Shown here piece by piece: positions 11,492-20,451 of a DNA stretch of 64,000 nt (its first letter is position 1; each line of letters starts with the position of its first letter). Origin of the DNA: Candidatus Entotheonellaceae bacterium (GTDB lineage Bacteria > Tectomicrobia > Entotheonellia > Entotheonellales > Entotheonellaceae). Below the pieces are notes generated by a model. That model did not search any database and was not told the origin of the DNA. It was given only the letters and a program-made list of their open reading frames with translations. The position numbers and the translations under genes are program-made. The stretch is from the NCBI GenBank assembly GCA_965238075.1, contig OZ250173.1, positions 2,336,001-2,400,000 of the forward strand, given 5' to 3'.

Positions 11492-12364
11492 ATGGCCGGA
11501 GATGATGGCGCCCACCGCCTCGTTTCGGATGCCGCGTGTGGCTTCGACGGGTCTCGGCTCGGCATGATTGCCGGTGCCGGCGACATCCCGCTCCTCATCG
11601 CGCGTCAAGCCAGACGCGACGATCGCTCTTTGCCCACCATTGCACTTTCGCCTCAAATCGCCGCCAATTTGGCGCCGTATTGCCCCATTTTGTGCCAGCA
11701 CGGTCCCGGTCAACTCAGTAAAATCATCCGTACCTTACGGCACCACGACGTGCGCCAAGTCGTCATGGTCGGCAAGGTGGAGAAGCGTTTCCTCTTCCAG
11801 ACGCCGCGTCTGGACCTACGAGCCCTGCGTCGCCTCGGTCAGTTGCCGGATTACCGGGATGTCACCATGATGGAGGCCGTGGCGGATGAATTTGCCAGGG
11901 AGGGCCTGCAGGTGGTTGAGCAGACACGCCTGCTGGGGCATTTGTTGACGCCGGAGGGCGTGTTTGGCAGGCGCCAGCCGGACAGCCGGGCCTGGGAGGA
12001 TATTGGCTACGGCTTTGTACAGGCCAAGCAGCTTGCCTCGATGGATATCGGGCAAACGGTTGTGGTGCGCCACCGTACGATTCTCGCCGTGGAGGCGCTG
12101 GAGGGCACGGATGCCGCGATCCGGCGCGGCTGTGCGTATGGACGCGGCGCCGTGGTGGTGAAGGTCAACAGACGGCAGCAAGACATGCGCTTCGACGTGC
12201 CCGTTGTCGGGCCGAACACCCTGGCGGCAGCGGCGGAAGGCCGGGCCGGCGTGTTGGCGGTGGAGGCGGGAACGACCGTTATGCTGCACCTCCCGGATTT
12301 GATTGCGACGGCCAACGCCAATCGCCTGGCGTTGGTCGGGCTCACGCCGGCGCTGCTGCAATAA
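11492..12364 (+). CDS. lpxI: UDP-2,3-diacylglucosamine diphosphatase LpxI
   Basis: GMIAGAGDIP, DIGQTVV, AVEALEGTD, QDMRFDVP; AGGAG RBS. Confidence 0.93.
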   Translation: MAGDDGAHRLVSDAACGFDGSRLGMIAGAGDIPLLIARQARRDDRSLPTIALSPQIAANLAPYCPILCQHGPGQLSKIIRTLRHHDVRQVVMVGKVEKRFLFQTPRLDLRALRRLGQLPDYRDVTMMEAVADEFAREGLQVVEQTRLLGHLLTPEGVFGRRQPDSRAWEDIGYGFVQAKQLASMDIGQTVVVRHRTILAVEALEGTDAAIRRGCAYGRGAVVVKVNRRQQDMRFDVPVVGPNTLAAAAEGRAGVLAVEAGTTVMLHLPDLIATANANRLALVGLTPALLQ

Positions 12365-13566
12365 TGCGGCGGGAGAGCGTTATGGACAATCACGCGCAGG
12401 ATGCACCACTTCTCATCATCGCGGGTGAAACTTCAGGCGAACAGCACGGCGCGGCAATGGTCGGCGTTTTGCGAGAGGACTTCCCGGACCTGCCGATCTT
12501 CGGAGTAGGTGGCGAGGCCATGCGTGCGGCCGGCGTGGAAACGCTGTTCGACGTCGAGGCGCTGAACGTGGTGGGTCTCGTCGAAGTGCTCGCCAAGGTT
12601 CCCTCGGGCCTGTTGATGGCGCGCCGCCTTCTGCGGGCCGCCCGTGAGCGCGGCGCCCGCGTGGTGGTGCTGATCGACGCGCCGGGCTTTAATCTGCCCT
12701 TTGCCCGTTGGGCCAAACAGGCGGGATTACGGGTTGTCTACTACGTTAGCCCGCAGATTTGGGCTTGGCGGCAGAACCGTGTCCACAAGGTGGCGCGCCG
12801 CGTGGACAAAATGCTGACGCTGTTTCCGTTTGAGGTGCCGTTCTACGCCGCTGCCGGGGTCGACGCCGAATATGTCGGGCACCCGCTCCTCGATTGCCTG
12901 CCCGGCCTGCCGGACCGCAGCCAAGCCGCCCAGACGCTGGGATTGGACGCGCAACGGCCCATCGTCGCCCTGCTCCCCGGCAGCCGTCGTCGGGAAGTGG
13001 AACTCCTGTTGGAGCCCATGCTGGCGGCGTTGAGTCTGATCCGACGCGATTTGCCTGAGGTGCAAGGCGTTCTGCCAGTAGCGCCGACCGTGGCGGCCAC
13101 GGTGCAGCAGATCGTATCCGGGTTCTCCGGCACGCTAACGGTGGCCCGCCAGCAGAGCCTGACGGCGTTATGCGCAGCCGATTTCGCGCTCGTTGCTTCC
13201 GGCACGGCGACTCTGGAAGCGGGTCTGATTGGTACCCCCATGGTGATCGTCTACCGCGTCAACCGCCTCACCGCGTGGCTGGCCAAGCGGCTTCTGCGGG
13301 TTCCCCACATCGGACTGATCAACATTGTCGCAGAGCGTCAGGTCGTTCCCGAACTGCTACAGGAAGCGGTATCCCCGCGCACCATGGCCGCCGCGGCCTT
13401 GAGCGTCCTGCGGGATTCTGCCGAAGCCCGGCGGATCAGAGGGGAACTGACGGCGTTGCGTGCAACGATGGGCGAAGGCGGCAGCAGCCGGCGAGCGGCC
13501 GCCAGCGTCGGCGCGGCCCTGCGCCAGGCGCGTGACCGACACACGAGCGTTCGGGTGCCCGAATGA
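12364..13566 (+). CDS. lpxB: Lipid-A-disaccharide synthase (start may be 12382)
   Basis: AGETSG, IDAPGFN, YYVSPQIWAWR, LLPGSR, SGTATLE. Confidence 0.96.
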   Translation: MRRESVMDNHAQDAPLLIIAGETSGEQHGAAMVGVLREDFPDLPIFGVGGEAMRAAGVETLFDVEALNVVGLVEVLAKVPSGLLMARRLLRAARERGARVVVLIDAPGFNLPFARWAKQAGLRVVYYVSPQIWAWRQNRVHKVARRVDKMLTLFPFEVPFYAAAGVDAEYVGHPLLDCLPGLPDRSQAAQTLGLDAQRPIVALLPGSRRREVELLLEPMLAALSLIRRDLPEVQGVLPVAPTVAATVQQIVSGFSGTLTVARQQSLTALCAADFALVASGTATLEAGLIGTPMVIVYRVNRLTAWLAKRLLRVPHIGLINIVAERQVVPELLQEAVSPRTMAAAALSVLRDSAEARRIRGELTALRATMGEGGSSRRAAASVGAALRQARDRHTSVRVPE

Positions 13567-14243
13567 AATCGTTTGGGGTGCTGCTGAGTTCGTCCCCTGT
13601 GGCGAGGCGTGCCGTTGTGCGGCTCCTCAGTTGGCTGTTGCGTGGGCTCTTTGTCACGCTGCGCCCCGAGTACGTTCAGCGGCAGGTCGAGCGGCGGGTG
13701 CAGGGCGCCCGGACGCCGATCCTGTTGGCCCTCTGGCATGGGCGGATACTGTATTTCCTGAAGCTGTACGAGTACCTCGGATCACGGATGACGATTCTCG
13801 CCAGTCGGAGCAGCGATGGCGAATTGGTAACGCAACTGTTGTCGTGCTTCGGCCTGCCGACAACCCGCGGTTCCACGAGCCGAGGCGGCGCTCGCGGGCT
13901 CCTGGCCGTCGTGAACAAGGTGCGAAGCGGCGCCCACGCCGGTTTCACTCCGGATGGACCCCGCGGCCCGCGCTACCAGGTGCAGCCCGGCTTGGTCCTG
14001 GTGGCCAAACGCACCGGCGCTCCCATTTTGCCGATGACCTTCGGCGCCCAATGGAAGCGGGTGCTGGCGAGCTGGGACGCCTTTCTGCTGCCACTACCCT
14101 TCAGCCGTGTCGTGGTGGTATACGGCGAACCGATCTATGTGCCGGCCGACGCTTCCGCCGCCGACTTGGAGACCAAGCGCCGGGAAGTCGAGGCCAGCCT
14201 CCGGCGCATCACGGAAACGGCCGACAACTACTTCACAGCCTGA
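13563..14243 (+). CDS. DUF374 lysophospholipid acyltransferase (LpxJ-like)
   Basis: LWHG, SxSxDGE, RGSTSRGG, TPDGPRGP, SWD..LPLPFS. Confidence 0.85.
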   Translation: MKSFGVLLSSSPVARRAVVRLLSWLLRGLFVTLRPEYVQRQVERRVQGARTPILLALWHGRILYFLKLYEYLGSRMTILASRSSDGELVTQLLSCFGLPTTRGSTSRGGARGLLAVVNKVRSGAHAGFTPDGPRGPRYQVQPGLVLVAKRTGAPILPMTFGAQWKRVLASWDAFLLPLPFSRVVVVYGEPIYVPADASAADLETKRREVEASLRRITETADNYFTA

Positions 14244-15521
14244 ATGTCTGTCCTCTATACCTTTATCCTCATCGGCGCCGGCATTGCCTCGCTGCCGTAC
14301 CTTCTGTGGCGCTGCCTGCGCGGTGCGACCTACCTGCAGGAGCTGTCAGAACGCTTTGGTGGCGTCTCCTTTTCACATGGGGAGCTGCAGGGTTGTTTAT
14401 GGTTTCACGCGGCCTCTGTGGGCGAAGTGCAGGGGTTGCAACCGATTGTTGCCGCTTTGCACGACCGTTTTCCGTCACGGCCCGTGGTGCTCTCCACGTT
14501 TACTCCCGCCGGTAAGGCCCTGGCGCGGAAAGTGGTTCCGCAGGCTGCGCGAGTGTTCCTGCTGCCGCTTGATTTACCGTGGACCGTCAGAAAGATAGTG
14601 CGGCACCTGCGTCCCAGCGCCCTGATCGTGCAGGAGACGGAATTGTGGCCGAACCTGTTCCGTGAGTTGGGGCGGTTGCAGGTCCCCGTTGTGCTGGTGA
14701 ACGGGCGTATTTCGCCGCGCTCTTTTCGGAGATACGCCCGGGTTCGCCCGTTCATGCGCCGCGTGCTGGCCAATGTGTCGCTGATCGTGGCGCAGTCCGA
14801 CAGCAGTGCGCGGCGGTTCCAGGGCCTTGGCGTGCCTGCGCATAAGGTTCAAACGGTGGGAAACACCAACATCGACCGAGCGCTCAGCCAAGCGGAACAA
14901 CCCGCACCGCCGCATCCCATGGCACCCCTTCTGGCAGACAGGCAAGTGTTGGTAGCCGGAAGCACGCACGAAGGCGAGGAGGCGACCCTGCTGTCGGTAT
15001 CCCAGCGGCTGCGCGCGCAGCATCCCGACCTCTGTCTGGTTCTGGCGCCGCGTCATCTCGAACGGGTCGAAGCCGTTGCGCGGCACGTGCAAGCCTGCAA
15101 GTTGTCCGCCATCCGACGGTCCCGGTATCCCAGCGAGTCCAACGCCCGGCCTGACGTGGTCATTCTCGATACCTTGGGTGAGCTTGTCGCCTTCTACAGG
15201 TTGTGCACCGTGGCCTTCGTCGGCGGCAGCCTGGCGCCGGTCGGCGGGCATAACATCCTGGAACCGGTCATGTTCGCCAAGCCTCTGCTATTCGGCCCGC
15301 ACATGCACCACTTTCCGGAACTGGCGGACCTGTTGCGCAACGCCGACGGCGCCATCCAGGTATGCGATGAGACCGGCCTGTACACGCAGATAGCGCATCT
15401 GCTTGCGAACCCCACCGAAGCCGCTGCCATGGGCCAACGCGCTCTCCGGGCTCTCGGTTCCAACCGCGGTGCGCTGCAGCGCACCTGCGAGGCGCTGACC
15501 CAAGTGATCGAAGGTGCGTAG
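14244..15521 (+). CDS. waaA: Kdo transferase
   Basis: WFHAASVGE, ETELWPN, AGSTH, APRHLER, GGHNILEP. Confidence 0.95.
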   Translation: MSVLYTFILIGAGIASLPYLLWRCLRGATYLQELSERFGGVSFSHGELQGCLWFHAASVGEVQGLQPIVAALHDRFPSRPVVLSTFTPAGKALARKVVPQAARVFLLPLDLPWTVRKIVRHLRPSALIVQETELWPNLFRELGRLQVPVVLVNGRISPRSFRRYARVRPFMRRVLANVSLIVAQSDSSARRFQGLGVPAHKVQTVGNTNIDRALSQAEQPAPPHPMAPLLADRQVLVAGSTHEGEEATLLSVSQRLRAQHPDLCLVLAPRHLERVEAVARHVQACKLSAIRRSRYPSESNARPDVVILDTLGELVAFYRLCTVAFVGGSLAPVGGHNILEPVMFAKPLLFGPHMHHFPELADLLRNADGAIQVCDETGLYTQIAHLLANPTEAAAMGQRALRALGSNRGALQRTCEALTQVIEGA

Positions 15522-15589
15522 GACCTCAACGGTGAGCTGAAGTATTTCCGTATCGGAATGAATCATGTGGGGGCTGCCGGCGGCTTCAA

Positions 15590-15680
15590 GTAGGTCGGGT
15601 TTAGCCATAGGCATAACCCGACAGCGGGAGCCTGCGGGGCGCGGTGGAATGTCGGATTACGCTTCGCTAATCCGACCTAC
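15590..15680. repeat. REP doublet (REPIN/BIME-like), family A, copy 1
   Basis: GTAGgtcgggttt..aacccgac hairpin and gtcggattacgcttcgctaatccgacCTAC hairpin in inverted orientation; related copies at 30636 and 54077. Confidence 0.8.
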
Positions 15681-15702
15681 AGATGGAAGCCGCTTCGGCG
15701 GG

Positions 15703-15732
15703 TTGACACAGCTTGTCCGAGCGCGAAATAAT
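15703..15732 (+). promoter_or_regulatory. Candidate sigma70 promoter for the oxidoreductase-globin insert
   Basis: TTGACA (15703) then 18 bp then AATAAT (15727). Confidence 0.45.
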
Positions 15733-15788
15733 CAACCTTTCATATGCACACCAGTGACATCCAAAACTCACCAGGGAGCAGCATCCTT

Positions 15789-16832
15789 ATGGGCGACGAG
15801 CCGATTCGTATTGGCGTGATCGGTGCGGGCAACAACACCCGCGTGCGGCATATTCCGGGGCTGCGAGCCATTGACGGCGTTGAGGTGGTCGGCGTCTGCA
15901 ATCGCAGCCGCGAGTCCTCGCAGCGGGTGGCGGAGGCCATGGCGATCCCGCAGGTGTACGATGACTGGCGGGAGATGATCGCCGCCAATGATATCGACGC
16001 GGTGGTGATCGGCACGTGGCCCTACATGCATTGCGAGATGACCTGCGCCGCGCTGGAAGCCGGCAAGCACGTCATGTGCGAAGCGCGCATGGCGAAGAAC
16101 CCGGAGGAGGCCCGCACCATGCTCGCCACCGCGCAGGCGCACCCGAACCTGGTGGCGCAGATCGTGCCGTCGCCGTTTACCTTGCGCGTCGACCGCACCA
16201 TCCAGGACCTGCTGGCCGACGGCTATCTGGGCGAGTTGTACACCATGACGGTGCGCGGCACCGTGCCGGGTTTCGTCACTCCCGATGCGCCGCTCACTTG
16301 GCGGCAGCGGCAGGACCTCAGCGGTCTCAATATCCTCAACATGGGCATTTGGTACGAAGCCGTCATCCGCTGGGTGGGGCCCGCCGCAAACGTTTTTGCG
16401 CGTTCCCAAATCCTGGTGCCGCAACGCCACGATCCGGAGACCAACGCACCCTTTCAGGTTGACGTCCCGGATCACGTCAACGTCATCGCCGACCTGGCGC
16501 ACGGTGGTCAGGCTGCCTTTGAATTTAGCTCGGTATGCGGCTTGGTTCCGGACCCCGGCGCGTGGCTCTTCGGCAGCTCCGGCACCCTGCACTACGATCA
16601 GATGAGCAACAAGTTGTTCGGTGGCCGGAGAAACGATCCATCCCTGCAGGAAATCGACATCGCCCCGGAGAAGGCGGGCAATTGGCGCGTGGAGGAGGAA
16701 TTTATTGGCGCCATCCGCGGTCAGGAAGAGATCGTTCTGACGGACTTTGCCACCGGCGTGAAGTACATGGAATTCACCGCCGCGGTACATAAAAGCGCGG
16801 CTACCGGCCAGATCGTGCCCGTGCCTGCATAG
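15789..16832 (+). CDS. Gfo/Idh/MocA family oxidoreductase
   Basis: IGVIGAG Rossmann motif, AGKHVMCEARMA (EAR replaces the usual EKP). Confidence 0.85.
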   Translation: MGDEPIRIGVIGAGNNTRVRHIPGLRAIDGVEVVGVCNRSRESSQRVAEAMAIPQVYDDWREMIAANDIDAVVIGTWPYMHCEMTCAALEAGKHVMCEARMAKNPEEARTMLATAQAHPNLVAQIVPSPFTLRVDRTIQDLLADGYLGELYTMTVRGTVPGFVTPDAPLTWRQRQDLSGLNILNMGIWYEAVIRWVGPAANVFARSQILVPQRHDPETNAPFQVDVPDHVNVIADLAHGGQAAFEFSSVCGLVPDPGAWLFGSSGTLHYDQMSNKLFGGRRNDPSLQEIDIAPEKAGNWRVEEEFIGAIRGQEEIVLTDFATGVKYMEFTAAVHKSAATGQIVPVPA

Positions 16833-16856
16833 GTTTACGGGTGAGGCAGAGCCATT

Positions 16857-17417
16857 ATGAGTAAGGGAGGGCCAGTGGGTCCACAGCGCGATCATCCGGG
16901 CGCCGACATGCAAGGCTTCGTGCGCGAATTGGTGGCGTTCGTCGGCCTCACCGACGACGACGTGGCGCTCATTCGCCGCACCGCCCCGATTGTGTTGCAG
17001 CACGAACGCGCGATCACCGATGCTCTGTACGGGCACTTCCTGAAGTTCCCGTCCACCGCGCGTTTCTTCCTTGCTGAGGATGGCAGCCCGGACCCCCAGC
17101 GCCTCGAACGGCGCAAGCACAGCCTGGCGCGCTGGCTGCGTGAGACCGCTGAGGTGGCGATGACGCATGATTTTGTCTACTACCTGCTCGCTGTCAGCCT
17201 GTCGCACAGCCACCGGCAGCACGGCCCCGGCGGCAAGGTGCCGCCGCAGTTCATGGTGGGCGCCATGAGCTTGGCGCAGACGGCCTTTGCCGGGCTGTTC
17301 CAGGAAGCCTTGGATGCGCCTGACGCCTTGGACGCCACCGTGGCGTGGAACAAACTGTTGCTGGTCCATCTGAACGTTCTGTTGCTTGGCTATTTCCTGC
17401 CGCAGCCGGCCAAATAA
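16857..17417 (+). CDS. Stand-alone protoglobin/sensor-globin domain protein
   Basis: FVGLTDDD, LYGHFLKFPSTARFF, proximal His region SLSH, AWNKLL; no signalling domain. Confidence 0.8.
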   Translation: MSKGGPVGPQRDHPGADMQGFVRELVAFVGLTDDDVALIRRTAPIVLQHERAITDALYGHFLKFPSTARFFLAEDGSPDPQRLERRKHSLARWLRETAEVAMTHDFVYYLLAVSLSHSHRQHGPGGKVPPQFMVGAMSLAQTAFAGLFQEALDAPDALDATVAWNKLLLVHLNVLLLGYFLPQPAK

Positions 17418-17429
17418 CGCCGAGCGGGG

Positions 17430-18575
17430 GTGGGCATGCGAATGATCGAGATGCACCGCGGCGGCTGGCGCCGTGCCGTGTATGACGGCATGCAGGGGTC
17501 GCCGGTGCCGTTCTGGGTTCGCGCGGGCCTGTCGCCGTTGTGGCTCGCTTCTCAGGGCTACCGGGTCGCGGCGGGCGCGCACCGGGTGGGTTACGCGTCG
17601 GGCGTGCGCCGGCGTCGGCGGCTGCCGTGCCCCGTGGTCAGCATCGGCAATCTCACCCTCGGCGGCACGGGGAAGACGCCACTCACCGAGTGGACAGCAC
17701 AGTGGTACCAGCGTCAAGGCTGGCGTGTGGCGGTGTTGAGCCGGGGATACGGCGGCACGTCAACCGAGCAGCCGCAGGTTGTGTCGGCGGGCGATGGACC
17801 CGTGACGGATTGGCGCACCGCGGGCGATGAAGCCTTTCTCCTGGCCCGCCGCTTGCCGGGCGTGCCGGTGCTTGTCGGCCGCAACCGCTATGCAAGCGGC
17901 CTTTATGCTTATGAACGATTCGGCGCGCAGGTGCTGGTGCTCGACGACGGATTCCAGTATCACGCCTTGCACCGCGATTGCGACATCGTGTTGATCGATG
18001 CCAGCAACCCATTCGGCCACGGCGCCCTGTTGCCGCGCGGCACGCTACGCGAGCCGCTGCACGCATTGCGGCGGGCGCGGGTCATCGTGCTGAGCAGGAT
18101 TGAAACGGCCGGGGACGAGGTGCCGGGGCTTTGCGAGCAGATCAGGCGCTACGCCGGCCGGCAACCGATTTACCGCATGGCCGTCAGCCCACACGGCCTG
18201 TATCGCCACGGCACAGGTTGCTCAGTGGATCCGTCGTGGCTTCAGCAGCGCCGCGTGGTGGCGTTTGCGGGTCTCGGCAATCCGCGGGCCTTCTCTGCCA
18301 GCCTCGCGCAATGCCGGGCGCGGGTAGCGGCGTTTCTGGCCTTCCCGGATCATCATCCCTACACCCCGGCAGACTGGAAGGCCATTTGCGATGCTGCTCG
18401 CCGCGAAGGAGCGGAAGCCTTGGTCACCACGGAGAAAGACGCCGTTCGCCTTGATGCGGCCTGGCCGCTGCCGGTACCGCTCTACACGCTGCGCATCAAC
18501 GTCGACATGGCCCCGCACAATCCGCCGTTAACGACTCATCTGGACGCGCTCATGCACCATGCAACGCCTTGCTGA
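17430..18575 (+). CDS. lpxK: Tetraacyldisaccharide 4'-kinase
   Basis: GNLTLGGTGKTP, LSRGYGG, LDDGFQ, FPDHH, TTEKDAVR. Confidence 0.96.
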   Translation: MGMRMIEMHRGGWRRAVYDGMQGSPVPFWVRAGLSPLWLASQGYRVAAGAHRVGYASGVRRRRRLPCPVVSIGNLTLGGTGKTPLTEWTAQWYQRQGWRVAVLSRGYGGTSTEQPQVVSAGDGPVTDWRTAGDEAFLLARRLPGVPVLVGRNRYASGLYAYERFGAQVLVLDDGFQYHALHRDCDIVLIDASNPFGHGALLPRGTLREPLHALRRARVIVLSRIETAGDEVPGLCEQIRRYAGRQPIYRMAVSPHGLYRHGTGCSVDPSWLQQRRVVAFAGLGNPRAFSASLAQCRARVAAFLAFPDHHPYTPADWKAICDAARREGAEALVTTEKDAVRLDAAWPLPVPLYTLRINVDMAPHNPPLTTHLDALMHHATPC

Positions 18576-19443
18576 ATCTGTTGCCGACGTCCTGGTCTCG
18601 GCGATGGCCGCCACCTTGGCGCGCCTGCCGCGGCGTCCGGCCTATTGGCTGGGCAGGCGCTTCGGTGATCTGGCGTACTTGTGTCTCGCCCGGCGCCGGC
18701 GGGTTGCGCTGGACAACCTCGAGATCGCGTTCGGCAGCGAGAAATCGGCCGCCGAGCGCCGCGCCATTGCTCGCGCCACGTTCCGCAATCTCGGCGAGCA
18801 TCTGATCGATTTCAGCCGCATGCGCCGGTTGACGCCGGATACGTTCTCATCGGTGTGCACGATCGAGGGTCTTGAGCGTGTTGAACAACTCCTGGCGCGC
18901 CGAGCCGGGCTGCTCATGCTTTCGGCGCATTTCGGAAGCTGGGAGTTGGCCTCGGCCATCGCACTGCGCCTGGCGCCCCGCATGCACGTGATTGTCAGAC
19001 CTCTGGACAATCCTGCCCTGGCCCGCCTGGTTGACGCCTACCGGCGTTACAGCGGCTACCACGCTATCCCGAAGAACCAGGCGCTGTCTGCCAGCCTCAA
19101 GGCGCTGCGACGCGGCGAAATCATCGGCCTGCTCATGGATCAGAGCAGCCTGCGGCATGAGGGTATCCCGGTGCCGTTCTTCGGGACCGATGCGTACACC
19201 TCGATCGGCCCGGCGCTGATGGCCTTACGCGCCGGGTGCCCGGTCATCGGCGTCTTCCTGGTTCGGCAGGGTCTCGGAAAGCACCGGCTAGTGTTCAGCG
19301 AGGAAATTCCGATTCAGCGCAGCGGCAATCTGCGGCAGGACATCGCGGACAATACGCGGCGTTTCAACCAGCTTATCGAGTCCTACGTGCGGGCGTACCC
19401 GGATCACTGGTTCTGGCTGCATCGCCGCTGGAAAAAGCGGTAG
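18559..19443 (+). CDS. Lipid A late acyltransferase (LpxL/HtrB family)
   Basis: AHFGSWE, LMDQ, PDHWFWLHRRWK. Confidence 0.9.
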   Translation: MQRLAESVADVLVSAMAATLARLPRRPAYWLGRRFGDLAYLCLARRRRVALDNLEIAFGSEKSAAERRAIARATFRNLGEHLIDFSRMRRLTPDTFSSVCTIEGLERVEQLLARRAGLLMLSAHFGSWELASAIALRLAPRMHVIVRPLDNPALARLVDAYRRYSGYHAIPKNQALSASLKALRRGEIIGLLMDQSSLRHEGIPVPFFGTDAYTSIGPALMALRAGCPVIGVFLVRQGLGKHRLVFSEEIPIQRSGNLRQDIADNTRRFNQLIESYVRAYPDHWFWLHRRWKKR

Positions 19444-19452
19444 GGTCGTCCG

Positions 19453-19636
19453 ACGTCGTCTGCCTACAATATGTTGGCCGTGGATGCCGCTGTCTTCAGA
19501 GCGTGGGCCAAGCTCATGGCACCGGTGATCGGGCACCCTGACGCAGGACGCCATAATCGCCACCGTAGCCATCTTGCACCGGCTGATTGTGGCGGCCCGA
19601 AACGTCTGCGACTATGGAGCCGTCTGGGGTAGGGAT
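19453..19636 (+). pseudogene. VapC/PIN-domain toxin C-terminal relic
   Basis: Reads YNMLAVDAAVFRAWAKLM / HR*SGTLTQDAIIATVAILHRLIVAARNVCDY / EPSGV across two +1 shifts and one stop; matches the PIN pattern D-x2-IA-x2-A...RN-x2-D. Confidence 0.7.
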
Positions 19637-19787
19637 GGCTTTGCACAAACAGTCGCTGACCAGTGGGACTTTTGCGCAACATGATTTTCCGCACGGAAGT
19701 CCCGCCGTGCCGGGTATCAGACGAGTCGGAATACTCTCAACCTGTGATACTATTCTTCAAGTCCCACTACCCTGGAGGCTACCCACC

Positions 19788-20237
19788 ATGTGGAACTGGA
19801 CTAAAGAACAAGCAGGGCCCATAGCGGCAATTGCCACTGTCCTCATCGTACTTACCGGCCTTATCCAATTTGGCGTCATCAATCCCATGCACCAGCGCTT
19901 TGACGCCATCAACCAGCGCTTCGACGCTCAGGACAAGCGCATGGACGACCTCAAAGCAGAGATGAACCAACGCTTCGACGCAGTAGATCGGCGCTTTGAC
20001 GCTCAGGACAAGTACATCAACCAGCGCTTTGACGCTCAGGACAAGTACATCAACCAGCGCTTTGACGCTCAGGATAAGTACATCAACCAGCGCTTCGACG
20101 CTCAGGACAAGCACATCGAGGACCTCGCCAAGGGCGTTTCAGACCTCCGCAAGCTCGGCGAACGCGTCTCCCGGAACGAAGGAGAGATCGACGTCATCAG
20201 GCAGCAGTCGCAAACCTCCGACGTGCCCTCGCCCTGA
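19788..20237 (+). CDS. Membrane-anchored coiled-coil protein with 11-aa tandem repeats
   Basis: GGAGG RBS, N-terminal hydrophobic helix, repeated QRFDAQDKYIN, C-terminal ERVSRNEGEI. Confidence 0.85.
   Translation: MWNWTKEQAGPIAAIATVLIVLTGLIQFGVINPMHQRFDAINQRFDAQDKRMDDLKAEMNQRFDAVDRRFDAQDKYINQRFDAQDKYINQRFDAQDKYINQRFDAQDKHIEDLAKGVSDLRKLGERVSRNEGEIDVIRQQSQTSDVPSP
19992..20117 (+). repeat. 33-bp in-frame tandem repeat, about 3.8 units
   Basis: cgctttgacgctcaggacaagtacatcaaccag at 19992, 20025, 20058, partial at 20091. Confidence 0.97.
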
Positions 20238-20321
20238 ACCCCATGCAAGCCCGCCCGATTCAGACAGAACTTGGCACCAAATACACAAGGCGTAACTGAT
20301 TTTTTGTGCAAAGCCGGGAGG

Positions 20322-20341
20322 GGTCATTCCGCCGAATGACC
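20322..20341. repeat. Collapsed family-B palindrome
   Basis: ggtcattc-cgcc-gaatgacc shares the GTCATTC...TGAC ends of family B. Confidence 0.45.
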
Positions 20342-20451
20342 GGCGGCCACGCGGCTTGACGCTGCGTGAATTTCGGGCGCGTTTGGAGCGTGAGGCGAAA
20401 GCATGCCGGCCATTGTTCCGGCCGGTCAAGGTGGTATGTGGTGGAGGAAGC

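Larger units (their letters stand above)
19637..20315. mobile_element. Putative non-autonomous TIR-bounded element with a cargo gene
   Basis: Left GGCTTTGCACAAA (19637-19649) and right TTTGTGCAAAGCC (20303-20315) are 13-bp perfect inverted repeats (19/24 when extended); flanks gggat/gggag; no transposase. Confidence 0.55.

Noticed and set aside
19440..19467. gtagg...cctac as another family-A REP
   Set aside because: No internal hairpin; explained by the acyltransferase stop codon plus VapC relic codons
19992..20117. 33-bp repeats as a CRISPR array
   Set aside because: Units are contiguous with no spacers, in frame within a CDS, and no cas genes are present
20342..20450. LTLREFRARLE stretch as another gene tail
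   Set aside because: Too short to assign without a search
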